From: Macrostomum lignano
Taxonomy: Eukaryota
Direction of reading: 5' to 3'
DNA: 64,000 nucleotides
Assembly: GCA_002269645.1 (NCBI GenBank)
Contig: NIVC01000021.1
Location: 2,905-66,904 of the forward strand
Part shown: positions 39,501-52,840 of the stretch, in pieces
How positions within the stretch are numbered: the first letter of the stretch is position 1
Layout: every line of letters starts with the position of its first letter
The notes under the pieces: model-generated
The model's input: only the letters and a program-made list of their open reading frames with translations
Databases searched by the model: none
What the model was told of the DNA's origin: nothing
Translations under genes and position numbers: made by a program

Positions 39501-39760
39501 CAGGTACCTCCATGGACCCGAACCCCCGCTCGTCCTGGATGAGACTGCAGACCCTGGATGAGGAACTGTCAGCAACAAGAAAGCAGTCAGTATGAGAATA
39601 TATGATGCGATTTCATCACGGAAAGTAATGGTGTGGATTATGACAGAAAACAATAAATACAAGATTAATTAATCCCACCAAATGGAGTCAATGAGTCAAT
39701 GACAGGAAGTGAAAAAATCACCAAGCAGAGAGACTGACCAACAAACTTTTAAGCCAGGAC

Positions 39761-40554
39761 TCACAGCTCAAAATTACGGGTATAGTCGTACTCAATAGTG
39801 GGAATCACGGCCTGCATGAACTTGAGGAAGATCAGCAGGTACTGGTGCACGCCCAGCTCCCGCCCGCCCTCCGACACCGTCACCATCAGCCGCTTCATCA
39901 CCTCGGCGTGACGGCACGGGTGCACGCTGGCCATGGGGGGCCCGGTCAGGTGCGGTTGCGTCTCCATGGTGACGGTCTTCTTGGCGTGGTCCTGGCTGAA
40001 GTCTGCGTACATCTGGTCCACGCTCAGCGGCGCTCCCTGCTCGCTGTAGCCAACCAGCCACATGCGCGGCGTCTGGTAGTACTTGTCGTACGTGATGTGC
40101 AGGTCGTAGGTTCGAGTCTGCACAATGCTTTGATCTCCGCAGGCGCCGCTGTCGCTACCGGCGCCAGCTGCCCCGCTGCCGGCCTCGGCGCCGCCGGCTG
40201 TCATGACAACCGCGTCGTCCTCCAGCATGCCGGAGTTGGCGAAGGCCTCCATGTCCACCGCCTCCTCGTTGTCGTCATCTTCATCGTCGCCGCCTGCGTC
40301 CTCCGCCCGGCCGGCAGCACCAGCGGGCGCCGCCGCCGCCTCGTCCATCGACATGTCCTGCACCCGGTCGGCCAGGCCGCCGACGCCCGAGGCGCCACCG
40401 CCGCTGCTACCGCCAGCGGCGCCGCCCTCCTGGGCGAAATGATGCGTGTCCACCCAGCCTCCGTCCGGGTCCGCCTCATCAATCACCTGTAAGCGGGCGG
40501 GTGAGCACTGCTCAGTATTTCACATTTATATCTATCTATCCATCTATCTATCTG

Positions 40555-40600
<46 letters not shown>

Positions 40601-40630
40601 CATCTATCCATCTATCTATCTATCTATCTG

Positions 40631-40673
<43 letters not shown>

Positions 40674-40674
40674 G

Positions 40675-40740
<66 letters not shown>

Positions 40741-40777
40741 CATCCATCTATCTATCTATCTATCTGTCTATCTATCC

Positions 40778-40857
<80 letters not shown>

Positions 40858-40858
40858 G

Positions 40859-40933
<75 letters not shown>

Positions 40934-41412
40934 GTCTATCTATCCATCTATCTATCTGTCTATCTATCCACCTATCTATCTGTTTATCCATCTAACTATC
41001 TATATGTCTTATCTATCTACCTACCTACCTATCTATCTATCTATCTATCTAACTACCTATCTATCTACCTACCTAACCTACCTATCTGATCTGATAACCC
41101 AATTCGCCCACCAACGCCAACCTTCTCCAAGCTGCGGTCGTGGCAGTCCATCTGGGCCACCCGCCGGTAGCAGGGCACATTCCGGGTGATAAGGAACTGC
41201 TTCTCCGGCGGCAGGTGTGGCTTGGTGCGGGAGGCGTCCCCGGCCGACCACTGCCAGGTGGGACAGTGGTGCACCAGGAAGTCGCCGGCGGCAACGAACT
41301 CCTCGGGGGTGAGCACGCCAGTCTCTTTGAATTTGGACTCGCGCAGCACGGGAGTCATGTACTCGGCCACCTCCAAGCCTTTGCTCTTGACGGCATTGAT
41401 TAGCGACTGCAT
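39761..41412 (-). CDS. ATG3: Autophagy E2-like conjugating enzyme Atg3 (338 aa); exons 41412..41122 and 40486..39761
   Basis: [71 protein letters not shown], catalytic [29 protein letters not shown]; phase-0 GT-AG intron. Confidence 0.97.
40525..41090. repeat. (TATC)n microsatellite in the ATG3 intron
   Basis: Direct inspection. Confidence 0.97.
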
Positions 41413-42814
41413 ACTGGCTGGAGATTGGATAGCAACGGGTGCTTCAGTTATTGAAAATCAACAACGGCCCTTTCAAGGGCGCACAAAATATTCTTTGTTG
41501 CTTGAGTCTTTAACCTAAAAGACTTGAAAGTTCCCCTTGCAATGAAAGTGAAATAAGTTTTTTTAACTTTAACCTACACTATACAAACCATAATGTCAAT
41601 GTGCATCTGGTGTCAAACATCATTGTATCATAAGTTACCAACCCCAAGGTAGTCTAAAAGCTTATCTCACAAAAATAAAATCTAGATATAATAATATGTT
41701 AGAGAACTTAGAACTAGATAAGCCACCTATGAGAAATATATATTCCTATAACTATATCCATATCCATATGTTCTATCTAAAATGTCTAAATATCTATAAA
41801 TTCCCTTAAGCATATCTATAGCTATAGTGGAATTCTAATTTTAATTACTTTCTTTAATGGTTAATGCCTATTGCCTAGTAACATTTATGAGTATTAACAT
41901 ATTTGGTGAGATCTTTTTCTAGGTGACACATAACTACAATGTCTGAGTATTCCAAATTAGTTTAATAAACTCTTTGTTTAACAAACTTTTCATTTATTAA
42001 AATTTGTTAAAATTAAAAAAAATAATAAAATATACAAAATGAATAAAGGATTGCATAGCATTGCTATTAGATAGATATGCCAAATAGGAAGTCTATTTAA
42101 TTTATTCATTAACTTCTTTAGTCACATGATAAAGTACAGGTGGATTATATGGTATCCAGTTGTCTAAGCTAACAATAACCCATATTGTGGAAGGTGTAGT
42201 ATACACCAGAAAATTCCGGCATACAAACACTTTGCCTGGCATACATCTAGTGTAAATGGAAGAAATACAACTACCATGCATAATCATTTGCTTACAATTC
42301 TTAGCTATACTTGTTCAAGCTTTTGGCATAGCATACAAAAGCAATGAAGTATATGAAATCATTGTGTAAATTACACAAAACAATTCTTTGGTACAAGCAA
42401 ATTAATTTGCAAAATTATGACAATAAATTGAATTAAAACAATATTCTAAATTTTCTATAAGGAACTATGCCTTAATTAGTAATAGATGCAATTCTTTTGT
42501 TTTATTATAATATTAATTATTCTTGTTTTTTTAAATGATATACATTTTTAATTTTATTTTTTATGATAATTTTATTTTTGCCACACTAAGCATCGCTTAT
42601 TACATAGCATAGTTTTTGTGCTTATTAATCACACATTTTTATTGGCATACAATTTATTAGAGGGCTTAATTGGCATATTTTATTGGTGTATACTTTACTA
42701 GATAGCCAGATACTTTCCGGCGTATATATAACATGATCTACAATATAGACATTAACAAACCAACCAAACTGATTTAAATCAATGCAATGTAATGTAAAGG
42801 GTTATTCCCCATAC

Positions 42815-43415
42815 TCCAGAAGGTGACTGGTACGCCGGAGATTTCCGGCGTACCAAATGAGTTTTCCAAAAAATTGGCGTACCACCATTGGCGTACCACC
42901 AATTCGAAAAAGCATTTGGCATACTACCTTTGGCATACCACCAAGCTAAAGTTGAATTGGCATACCACTTTTAGTGTACCATTGGCACTACCAGGCAAAA
43001 AATCGTTGCCAAAGTAAAAACTTTTTGTAATTTTGCATAAATTACAACATACAAGATACGACTACATCACACGACAATGTATTTTATGTAAAAAATTGCA
43101 TATATTTTTTCCTGCATTGTATAACTTGATTAATCATTTTATAAATATATTAATAAAATAATTTAGCCTAGTATTATTGGTAAATAAATTTCTGAGCACT
43201 GATTATATCTGTTATTTTTTAATAATTGTTAAAGTTTGTCCGCCATATTTTTATCATTTTCAAAGTCGAAATGTTTATTATTTCTTTCGTATTAACTAAC
43301 AGATTTTTAGTGCCGCAACGTTATACACTGAGGGACCCCCACGTCTTTCTTTTGGCGTACCACTGGCGTACCACTTGGGAATCCTCCTTTTTCCTTCCGG
43401 CGTACCACATTACAC
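42815..43415. mobile_element. Possible degenerate MITE with subterminal TGGCGTACCAC repeats
   Basis: About 8 copies of GGC(G/A)TACCAC; imperfect inverted ends TCCAGAAGGTGACTGGTACGCCGG and CCGGCGTACCACATTACACCATCCGGA; no TSD identified. Confidence 0.4.
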
Positions 43416-43656
43416 CATCCGGACTAATATAATATAACATAACTGCAGTATTTGCAATTAGGCCTAGGCTTATCAAAATTAAGTTTCCTAGATTGAGTAG
43501 AATGAAAAAAAGTTTATTAGAACATTTCAAATGTTACAAAGGTCACTAAATTTTACCCTGCATTTAGGCCTAGATCTAGCCAGTATATTTTTTATTATAG
43601 GCCTAATTTTTATCATACTTATCATACATATCTATGTCTTCCAAATGCCCCAAGTG

Positions 43657-43954
43657 CATACATGCGCAACAGTCGGCCGAGTCGGCCGATCCGGCCGACC
43701 GATTTGGCGGCCAATCAAGGAAGTCGCAAAAATGCCCACCCAAAAAATAACCTGAAGAGTAGTACTAAGTAGCTGACGAGGCATTTTAGCTTAATAAAAC
43801 AGTCATAGTTACTCCTGCCGTTTACCCAAAGTTGCGTTAATTTTGCTTTCGGGTTTTTTTATATGTAAGTCGCATTTTTGGCCAAAAACTACGTCGCATT
43901 TTTGTTAAAACTAAGTCGCACGGCTGACCGAATTTTGGAGGTTGCACATGTATG
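43657..43954. mobile_element. 298-bp hAT-type MITE
   Basis: TIR CATACATGCGCAAC / GTTGCACATGTATG (1 mismatch); 8-bp TSD CCCAAGTG at 43649-43656 and 43955-43962; internal GTCGGCCGA and AAGTCGCA repeats. Confidence 0.9.
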
Positions 43955-44869
43955 CCCAAGTGTAACAAGATAGTTGGCAGAAGGTAGGCAGCAAGGTAGC
44001 ATATTATCTTTTGTGACTCTTGCAAATAATGTAATGGTACTATTGGGGCTATGATACAGCATACAGCCCAGGTAATGTTGGAAGTTGGCACAATGGACCA
44101 CACTATAAATAAATGAATAAATGCAGCTTTTAAGTTATGGCGTATACACCACATCTCACTGATGAATAGCCTATAAAATTACTTCTCTATTACATATTGA
44201 TCATTATCTTGCTTTCCAGTTGCTTCACATCTCTGTTAGTTAGGCCTAGATGAAATGGCATTAGACAAAAAGTCATTAGCCTAGACGAAACTATCTGGAA
44301 TCGATTATACCCCACTCTATACTGTAGCTAATAACAATTTACCTCTTATCAACTTACTGTATTTTTAATTAGGAATTGTAACCATGGCCTATATGATAAA
44401 ATTAGGCCTATAGTATTATCCTCAAGACTTAGATAGCAAAGTTTTCAATAGCTGTGAAAAGGCCTAGATAGATGGTTGTGAGAACAATAGGGCCTACTGC
44501 CGTTAAAGTTTAAAGAATGAAGATTTTTGTTGAAAGACAATAACTCTAGTAAGAATTTCACAAGAATGATCCATGATCATGATAAATAAACTAGACTAGT
44601 CCTATATATTAAGCCAAGCGCGAACGATACGTTTTTGTTTTTCCTCGAAAATCCATCTTAAACTATTTTTATAAAAAAGAAACAAAAAATAAATCTTTTG
44701 ACGACGATTTTGACGACTAGAATAATTTTTATTCTAGAATCACAATCGTTATATAAATAAATAAATAAATCTAGGAATACTTTAGGCGCTCAGCCAGGAT
44801 TGCAGGTCGGGGCTGGTGCCGTCTTGGCAGTGCCACCCGGGACAATTTGGACTCAGTCTGACTAGGAAC

Positions 44870-45440
44870 AATTTGACTGCCGAAAATTTGGCTTTTAGCA
44901 AAATAACCATGAACGAAATGAAATGACTGTGAACAAAATGACTGTGAACAAAATGACTGTGAACAAAATGACTGTGAACAAAATGACTGTGAACAAAATG
45001 ACTGTGGACAAAATCAAACTGGTAACTGAATGCCATTGTGGTCAGTATGATAGTCATCATCGTCAAGTAGAAGTAGAACGAAGACTTGCAACATTTCATG
45101 TATGAATACAAAGCGAGATTGAGAGAGCTTAAATCATCTAACAAATTCCACCGATATTTCCTAAGTTTTTCTTATATTGAGGATCTTTCTTTCTCCCCTA
45201 TATGATCAACATCTGCTGAATTCTATGCATTCATTGAACACAGCTACAATGGTTACACGTAAAAATTATCCATTTCAACATTCATCATATAGCAGATGCA
45301 CGTTACATGCATTTCTTGTGTAAACTGAAGAGCGTTATTATGATCTTTATGATGAATACGAGCGCATGCAGAGTATGAGTCCCTTTCTGACGCAGTCAAT
45401 TTTTGGCATGCAGTCATTTTGTCCACAGTCAAATTGTGGC
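44870..45440. repeat. Element with a 15-bp tandem array AAAATGACTGTGAAC (44930-45010) and an inverted copy of the unit near 45410-45430
   Basis: GACTGTGGACAAAAT on the left versus GCAGTCATTTTGTCCACAGTC on the right. Confidence 0.55.
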
Positions 45441-45519
45441 ATGGCAATCAAATTGCCACTATTGTCAATTGTCGTGGCACTATGGTAGCAGAGTAGCCAC
45501 CTCGGGAGTGCCACCGTAA

Positions 45520-45902
45520 GGCGCCAGAGGCGCCAGCACCAGAGGCGCCAGCACCAGAGGCGCCAGCACCAGAGGCGCCAGCACCAGAGGCGCCAGCACC
45601 AGAGGCGCCAGCACCAGAGGCGCCAGCACCAGAGGCGCCAGCACCAGAGGCGCCAGCACCAGAGGCGCCAGCACCAGAGGCGCCAGCACCAGAGGCGCCA
45701 GCACCAGAGGCGCCAGCACCAGAGGCGCCAGCACCAGAGGCGCCAGCACCAGAGGCGCCAGCACCAGAGGCGCCAGCACCAGAGGCGCCAGCACCAGAGG
45801 CGCCAGCACCAGAGGCGCCAGCACCAGAGGCGCCAGCACCAGAGGCGCCAGCACCAGAGGCGCCAGCACCAGAGGCGCCAGCACCAGAGGCGCCAGCACC
45901 AG
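45520..45902. repeat. 15-bp minisatellite GGCGCCAGCACCAGA, ~25 copies
   Basis: Direct inspection; the GASGA and VLAPL ORFs are artefacts. Confidence 0.96.
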
Positions 45903-46850
45903 GCGAGAAAAACTGCCGTGCAGTGGCGTTTGAGTCAGCTGGCAAGGGAAATTGCCCCTGACTAACATCCTAAAATTTTCTTTAAAATATCTTCTGCCAT
46001 ATCCCTATTTAAAAATATAGTGGAAAGATTTGCTCAAAGAGTATAATAAAAAATGTTAAACATAATTTTGTTGCAGCTTGCACCAGGAAACAGTTCTGTA
46101 ATCACAATTCTAAAAGTGGAACAGCCAACCGAAAATTCTTCCGAACCGATTCTATTTCTAGAACCGGAAATATAGGAAGAGCTATACAACAATGGTCTTA
46201 TTAAAACAAAATTCTGATCTTTTTGTATTTCCGAACGGGATTTGAGCTACAATTCCAATATACGAGCGTAAAGTAGTCAAAATGTTTGTCGAAAAATGAA
46301 ACGTTCCAATGAATCTGCAGCTTACATGCAGAAAGAAACGAAGTTCTCCCGTCCTTCAACTTCAGGTCGTTCTTATGTGCATTTGCGCTTCCATTCTCCG
46401 GCCATGTTGACCAAGTTGGCTTCTATCAATCAAGTCTGAGATAACGAGATGTAGCTAATTAGCAAACAGCAAGTGAACAGAGAATGGCTCATGCCCTCCG
46501 CAGCAACCACTGGTGAGAGCACAATCAGCAGATTTGGAGCTGCCGTTCAACTTCAAGGACTTCACTCGAAACAAAAGCGGCCCACTAGCAGATGTCTCTT
46601 TTCCGAACTTCCCAAAAGCCTTTCGACTCAAAGCAGAAATCCACGGCATTCATTCTTCTATAGCAAATGTCTGCAATCCCAAGCCCTATGTAAATTACCA
46701 AACCTGGGGAGGTAAGTATCGGTTGCCATGGTACCGGGAGATTTTGAACAAATAAATCATGGCAAAAAAGGGAACGGAGCAGTTCTGCCCGCTTCTAAAA
46801 TTTTTCCTCGCCTCGAGACTTGATTTCACTCCTTGCTACAGTGTACCTGC

Positions 46851-47943
46851 ATGGAAACCTGCATCAGTGAGTTAACATTGATTTTTAAAATCGTTTCTTG
46901 GTGCAAAAAGAAAAACGCAAGTCCTACATGCTATCATTTTTTCAGGCCATCTGCTGGTTGCGCTGCTTTGGTCCGCCCGGCTGACCGACTGCGAGAGTTT
47001 GTCAAGTGACTGGATGAGGTTGGGACTGCCGCAGTGCCTGCCCGAGGCCCAGGCCGTGAGGGTGGCCGAAACTCCATCCGGCATCTCCGACTGCGTCCTG
47101 CTCGCCATGGCTACAAAGGACTCGAGCGGCCAGCTGGTGGCCCAGTTCGACTCGGACACTCGCCAGTGCTCGCTCTTCCAATACACCGCAGTGTGCCACC
47201 TCATCGATGGACTCGCTGCTGCAGAGAGCTCGCAGTCCCGCCGCTGTGCCGCATTCGCCAATGACAGAGCCGCCAAGTTCCTCACCTTGAGCAGAAACCT
47301 GGGCGCCAAGCTGAAAGCCGTCTGGGTGATGAGCGACGATGCGGACGCCAGCAGGAGCAACTTGGTGTGCGGCCAGACGCAGCAGTGGATGTCGGAGAAT
47401 GTGGAGTGGAGCAGCGAGGGAGCCAAGCTCGACGGAGTGTCGTCCAAGATGTGGCTGGAGAACGTGGAGCTCGCGAACCTGCAGCAGGGACTCACGTGGC
47501 TGCTCAGGCTCAAGCGGGATGCCAAGATCGCTCCGCTGTTGCAGACTTACAACTGCGACTCCAAGTCTCTGGGAGCTGCTCTCTGGGACGGCTCACCGAC
47601 AGCTTGGGGCTTGTACTTTTTCAGGGTGGCTCCATCGTATTCAGTGTTCAAAACAACTCTGGAAACAAACTTTTTTGAACGGAACAAATTCGCCGAAGTT
47701 GCCGTAACTTCGGCATCTCCCTTTGACGTCGAATTCTTTTCCAAGGTTGGGCGTGTGTCAAAACCGAATGTAGTGCAGATGGAAAACTATACTATTGCTG
47801 CGGTCCCAAAAATCAACTGCATTGGTTTGGGGTTTCGACCTGGAAGGTCTCAAATGTTGAAGGGCACGGTGCAGGCGGTGGCCATCATGAACGACACGAT
47901 GACGGAGGCTGAGATCAGCAGCTTCTTCGAATTGGTGCGCTGA
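46851..47943 (+). CDS. Secreted PAN/Apple + LamG/ConA-like protein, copy 1 (~337 aa); exons 46851..46866 and 46946..47943
   Basis: Spliced signal peptide METCISHLLVALLWSARLTDCES; Apple-like C...C...FDSDTRQCSLF; LamG-like AKLDGVSSKMWL and C-terminal LKGTVQAVAIMNDTMTEAEI. Domain calls by eye. Confidence 0.75.
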
Positions 47944-48239
47944 CGCCCCGGCGGTCCAGAAAATGATTTTTCTGACAAGTAACAAAAAGTTCTCTGCTTT
48001 TTTGTGATGGCCGGTTTTTATTTTCTGAAAAATATAATTAAAGCAATCAAACATGCATTTAAGCGTCTTCAATCATTTTTCTTTTTATTTCGACGTAGTG
48101 CTGAGAGACTGAAAAGTTGGATCTGCAGCGTCTAAAAGTTTGTCACTCTTACTGCTAAATGGATGATAAGCAAGTTCTAACAAACGGAAACTTCACATCG
48201 TAAAGGACACAAATAAAAACAGTCAATCAAGCGACGGAG

Positions 48240-48595
48240 GCAGGGGGTGTCTGCACCCTGGGACACTTTAAGCGACATTGTCACACAACCCGTGAGAGGC
48301 ATTGTTGCCCATTCCGCTGACTCCCTTGAGCAGACACACAAGCGCGCGGATACGTACACAGGCATACGCAAAGGCACACAGGAGTGTACAGCAGCCCTAA
48401 CTTTATCTACAGTTATGCATGTACAATGTACACTTCACTGTGCCTTGGGGTTGGCCATCAAAGGCGTTAATTGCAAGTGCAGATCCAAGCCTAGATTCCA
48501 ATTTAGCTCCAAAATTAATGTGACTGCAGTTGGAATCGAGCATTGGCCACTGGCACATCAGAGCGCCGCGGTAATCCACTGGGCTGCGGCCCTCA
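48240..48595 (-). mobile_element. tRNA-derived SINE-like element, copy A
   Basis: Minus-strand head with A-box GCCCAGTGG (48584-48576) and B-box GCTCGATTCC (48541-48532); body alignable to 52990..53300. Confidence 0.6.
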
Positions 48596-49141
48596 ATACA
48601 TCAGCCAATACAAAAACTAAAGTATTCTTAAAGCGCTAGATTGCATGCATTTCACAGAGTCACCTGCAAGGGACTGGTTGTGGCAATAAAATTCGAAAAT
48701 TCGGAAAGCAAATTGTTTTCATCACAGTTCAGCTCCTCAACTTTCCCTAACTACGTTTCCCGTATTGCCGTACGTGCCGTGACTATCTGAGTCTCCAAAT
48801 AAATCCACACTAATTATGAGTTAACATCTCGATCGAGCACTACAAAGCCTAACCCGCGAACTTCACAGTTCCATGTTTCAAACACTCGAAGCTTTTGCAG
48901 CCTGTGTCGGTGCCCGTGTCAGTTTTTCTGTCTTTTGATGGCGTCTGTTCCTACAGTAGGCCACCCAGTCTCCGAATTTAACTGGCTCCCTAAATCGCTT
49001 GCCAATCAGAAGTCAGCGTCTCACAGGAAAATTACGCTATCAGATGCCGTGTAACTGAGGAATCGAGAGGACTTATAACGGCAAAGAGAAGCGCGAAAAT
49101 TTTCGTTCAAACTACAGAATATTTCTGCATTCCAAGACATC

Positions 49142-50262
49142 ATGGCACTTTTTCTGACCTGTGCGCCAGCTTATGTGGGTGAGTTTGAGTGGGTTTTCTC
49201 GAATACCGAACTGCAAACTCAATCGCTCCGGACATTCTTTTTAAATATCTACCAGGTCACCTTCTGGTTGCGCTGCTTTGGTCCGCCCAGCTGACCGACT
49301 GTGAGAGTTTGTCAAGTGACTGGATCAGGCTTGGACTGCCGCAGTGCCTGCCCGACGCTCAGGCGGTAAGAGTGGCCAAAACTCCATCCGGCATTGGCTG
49401 CATCATGATCGCTATGGCTACAAAGGACTCGAGCGGCCTGCAGGTGGCCCAGTTCGACTCGGACACTCGCCAGTGCTCGCTCTTCCAATACACCGCAGTG
49501 TGCCACCTCATCGATGGACTCGCTGCTGCAGAGAGCTCGCAGTCCCGCCGCTGTGCCGCATTCGCCAATGACAGAGCCGCCAAGTTCCTCACCTTGAGCA
49601 GGAAGCTCATGCTGGGTGTGGGCTCGAAGCTGAGGGCCGCCTGGGTGATGAGCGACGATGCGGACGCCAGCAGGAGCAACTTGGTGTGCGGCCAGACGCA
49701 GCAGTGGATGTCGGAGAATGTGGAGTGGAGCAGCGAGGGAGCCAAGCTCGACGGAGTGTCGTCCAAGATGTGGCTGGAGAACGTGGAGCTCGCGAGCGTG
49801 CAGCAGGGACTCACGTGGCTGGTCAGGCTCAAGCGGACTGTCCGAGTGGAGGCAACGCTGCTCGAATCCTTTAGCTGCGACTTCATGGCTCTTTGTGCGG
49901 GTTTTTGGGACGGCTGGACTGGTGGATGGGGCCTGTACTTCTTCAGGGTGGCTTCATATTACTTTGAGTACTTCACACCTTCTGCCACGAACTCGTTTGA
50001 CCCGAATGGATTCGTAGAGGTCGGCGTTACTTCGGCGTCTCCGTCAAGCCGCGACTTCTTCTCTAACTCCGGGTTCGTGCCGCGGTCTGCTGTGAACACT
50101 GGTTCTCAGCGTAACGGCGCCGTGTCGACATGCAACTGCATCCGCTTGGGATTTCGACCTGGCGACCTGCGAATGCTGAAGGGCACGGTGCAGGCGGTGG
50201 CCATCATGAACGACACGATGACGGAGGCTGAGATCAACCACTTCTTTTTTCTGGTGCGCTGA
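49142..50262 (+). CDS. Secreted PAN/Apple + LamG/ConA-like protein, copy 2 (~347 aa); exons 49142..49178 and 49256..50262
   Basis: Spliced signal peptide MALFLTCAPAYVGHLLVALLWSAQLTDCES; paralog of 46851..47943. Confidence 0.78.
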
Positions 50263-50729
50263 CCAGTCGACTGATAAATACATTTACAGTAGCTTAAAAC
50301 GTTTGAGTGATTGCGGAACAAAACATTTTGCTGGGTTTTCACTGATAACGAGAGGTTTTTGTTCCCGAGATTGTCTGAAATATCGCAGTAAAGTTTGATG
50401 CTGTTTTATGAAATAAAACGAATTAGAATAAGAACAATAGTCAAAGCAGGTAATTAATATTTCACTGCAATATTATACGTTTTTATTCGTTAATTCCTCA
50501 TTTTCTTATCAATGCCATGCTTGAGTTTGGAATGTTGAAACATTTGAAACACACTGAAACAAGAGTTCATTGGATTTTTTCCAAAGCCAAGAGAACTGCC
50601 ACCAGAGAAAGTCGAAAGTAAGCTGTCTCAAACTCTAAAAGCAAAACCATATTACATCTACCAGAGACGGTGTTTAAAACGCGCTTGTCAATTATTTCAA
50701 TAACTGTCCAGTAACGCAGACATTGCTTG

Positions 50730-51376
50730 CTTTATATGCCTATTGGACGACCAAAAGGCAGTGTCACGTGCACGGCATTGTAGACACCACACTTGGATTG
50801 GAAATATGGAGGGATCAATGGAGGGATTCATTTCAATGAAAGACATTTATTACATGAAAAGGTTCCTGCAACTCTTCCTTGACACAGCTGCAGGGGCTCC
50901 GGGCATTCAGATACAGCGGGGAGGCGTCGACGCCCATTTCGCTGACCCCTGGCGACCACGGGCAGCTGGTACTGCGGTGTCGCACAGGGAGATCCGGTGG
51001 TGCCGGTGTCCGCAGCGCGGTCCCCCTCCGAAGAGGCCAAGAGGAGGATTGTCCCTCGCCCGTGGTAGCCCTTAGGTAGCGGACGAGCTGGCACAGATTC
51101 TCGGGCCTGAAAACGTCGGAGAGGTGAGCTTGTCCTGAGTAAAAGCGAGGAATTCACCCACGCAGTTGTCCGCATTCTCAACTCCGGAAAAGCAGAATGA
51201 GTATTCATCACTGCAGATTTTCCCAGGAGGTGGCGATGCCTAGCAAAACAGCTATCCCTGATGTCCCTGTGGTTGAGTTCAAGCAGTGCCATGTGGAAGG
51301 CGAGAGAAGGACATGGAACAGCCGCAGGGGATTTCTGGAAGTCGGGGGCGTTAATAGTTCTGTCCAAAAATGCCAC
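50730..51376 (-). mobile_element. Degenerate Penelope-like element fragment (thumb-linker, Cys motif, start of GIY-YIG)
   Basis: VPCPSLAFHMAL...RHRHLL...AFPEL...NSSLLLRTS...GTFSCNKC resembles the PLE pattern VPLV.tYHP.L...HwhlL...FPePp....NL..lLvRs...GtfpC..C. Recognised by eye. Confidence 0.5.
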
Positions 51377-52139
51377 CTTTGAATCGGAGTGCTCTTATAA
51401 CTCTACTTATAGTAGCATAGATAAAATAATTCCAAGACAAAAAAGTTCCTTAAAAATGGAAAGCGTATCTAACTGGTACGAAGTAGGAGTTATTTGAAGT
51501 TTCTAGGAACATCCAGTATAAAGTATTGTCTCAGTCTGGAGCATGTGCATGATTTTAATGAGTCTAAGGAAAATCTATTTTAGCATTTGGCCATATCGCA
51601 AGTATTGTATTAAAGCATGCTGCACAGCAAGTTCGTTAGTTTTGCGTATTTCAGAAAATTTCAGCGCTCGCAAAAACTTCTCCGTAGCAAACAAAGTCAG
51701 ATTTTGCTGACTGAAAGCAAAGCCGAATTTCCACAGGTCTTAAACTGACTTGCTGCAACAGCGAAACTTGCGACGCCATGAATAGTGGCAAAGTGTGGCT
51801 TTTCAGCTAATGTGTCTTCGGCTTCAAAGCCCAATTTCGCAACTTGTAGCTAAATGGTATGAAGTCGGCGGTATAAGCTGAGCGAGAAAGCGTTTGAGCG
51901 AAACTGGCCAAGTTAGCGATTTATACCTAAGGTACATTTGAGCTGCTAGAAGTGAATGCTCCGACGTGTCAACGACGCGCATGAATTATCGATCGCGTGC
52001 AACCCCAGATGTACATTTAGAAAAGAATAAAGCTCACTAATTTAAAGCAAACTAACAACGTTATTGCTTCGTCCAGCTGATCAACGGTATTCACGGTATT
52101 TTCAAACCACTTGTACAGGCCGTGACTCTTACTGTGCCA

Positions 52140-52262
52140 GCAGGAGCAAATTGGTGTGTGGCCAGTGGATGTCGGAGAATGTGGAGTGGAGCAGCGAGAG
52201 AGCCAAGCTCGACGGAATCTCGTCCAAGATGTGGCTGGAGAACGTGGAGTTCGAGAAGTCGA
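52140..52262 (+). pseudogene. Fragment of the Apple/LamG family
   Basis: Near-identical to 47350-47470 (GTGGATGTCGGAGAATGTGGAGTGGAGCAGCGAG...TGGCTGGAGAACGTGGAG) with deletions. Confidence 0.85.
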
Positions 52263-52724
52263 AGCATGCAGGAACTCAAAGAATTATTCACTCGAGCTCT
52301 TTGCACTAAGTTGTTTTAAAAACAGGTCAAACAGGTGCATGTTTCTAGCAGGCTCGACTCACCTTTAAGCTGAGACTTGTACCTCTTTTTGTAGAGTCTC
52401 ATCCTTCTCGAAGTTGTGAATGTCTCGGCCATGTTCGCGTTTGATCCTAACGAGTCCTAACGAGCAATGAACGATTCACCTTTCACCTTGTCCGCGAGTG
52501 TTACGAAGAAACCATAACAATACCTTTAGCATCCAATGAGTTCATGCTCTGGGTTGGTTCGTTAAAGAAACTGTTCGTAAAATCCACCCGTCGCTCCTAC
52601 TAAAAATTACGATATGCAAGTCCCAAACAAAAGCGGAGAGCACAATGGCTAGTAACATGACTTTTCTGGCCACTAAAATGCATTAAACTAATAAGAGCAG
52701 GGCGGTCAACCTACGGAATAACGT

Positions 52725-52840
52725 GGTCCAACTTGGTGTTCGACCAGACGCAGCAATGGATATCAGTGTCATCCAAGACGTGGTGGGAAAATGTTGAGTA
52801 AATAATGCTTCAGTGACTCACGTGGCTGGTGAGGCTCGAA
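52725..52840 (+). pseudogene. More decayed fragment of the Apple/LamG family
   Basis: AACTTGGTG..CAGACGCAGCA.TGGAT...TCCAAGA.GTGG and GACTCACGTGGCTGGT.AGGCTC match copy 2. Confidence 0.7.

Noticed and set aside
45448-45968. GASGA silk/elastin-like ORF
   Set aside because: Near-perfect nucleotide-level 15-bp repeat with no synonymous variation, signal peptide or splice context.
46513-46755. ORF ending at a strong GTAAGT donor upstream of Apple/LamG copy 1
   Set aside because: Could be an extra or 5' exon, but the start and acceptor could not be resolved, and a complete signal peptide is obtained without it.
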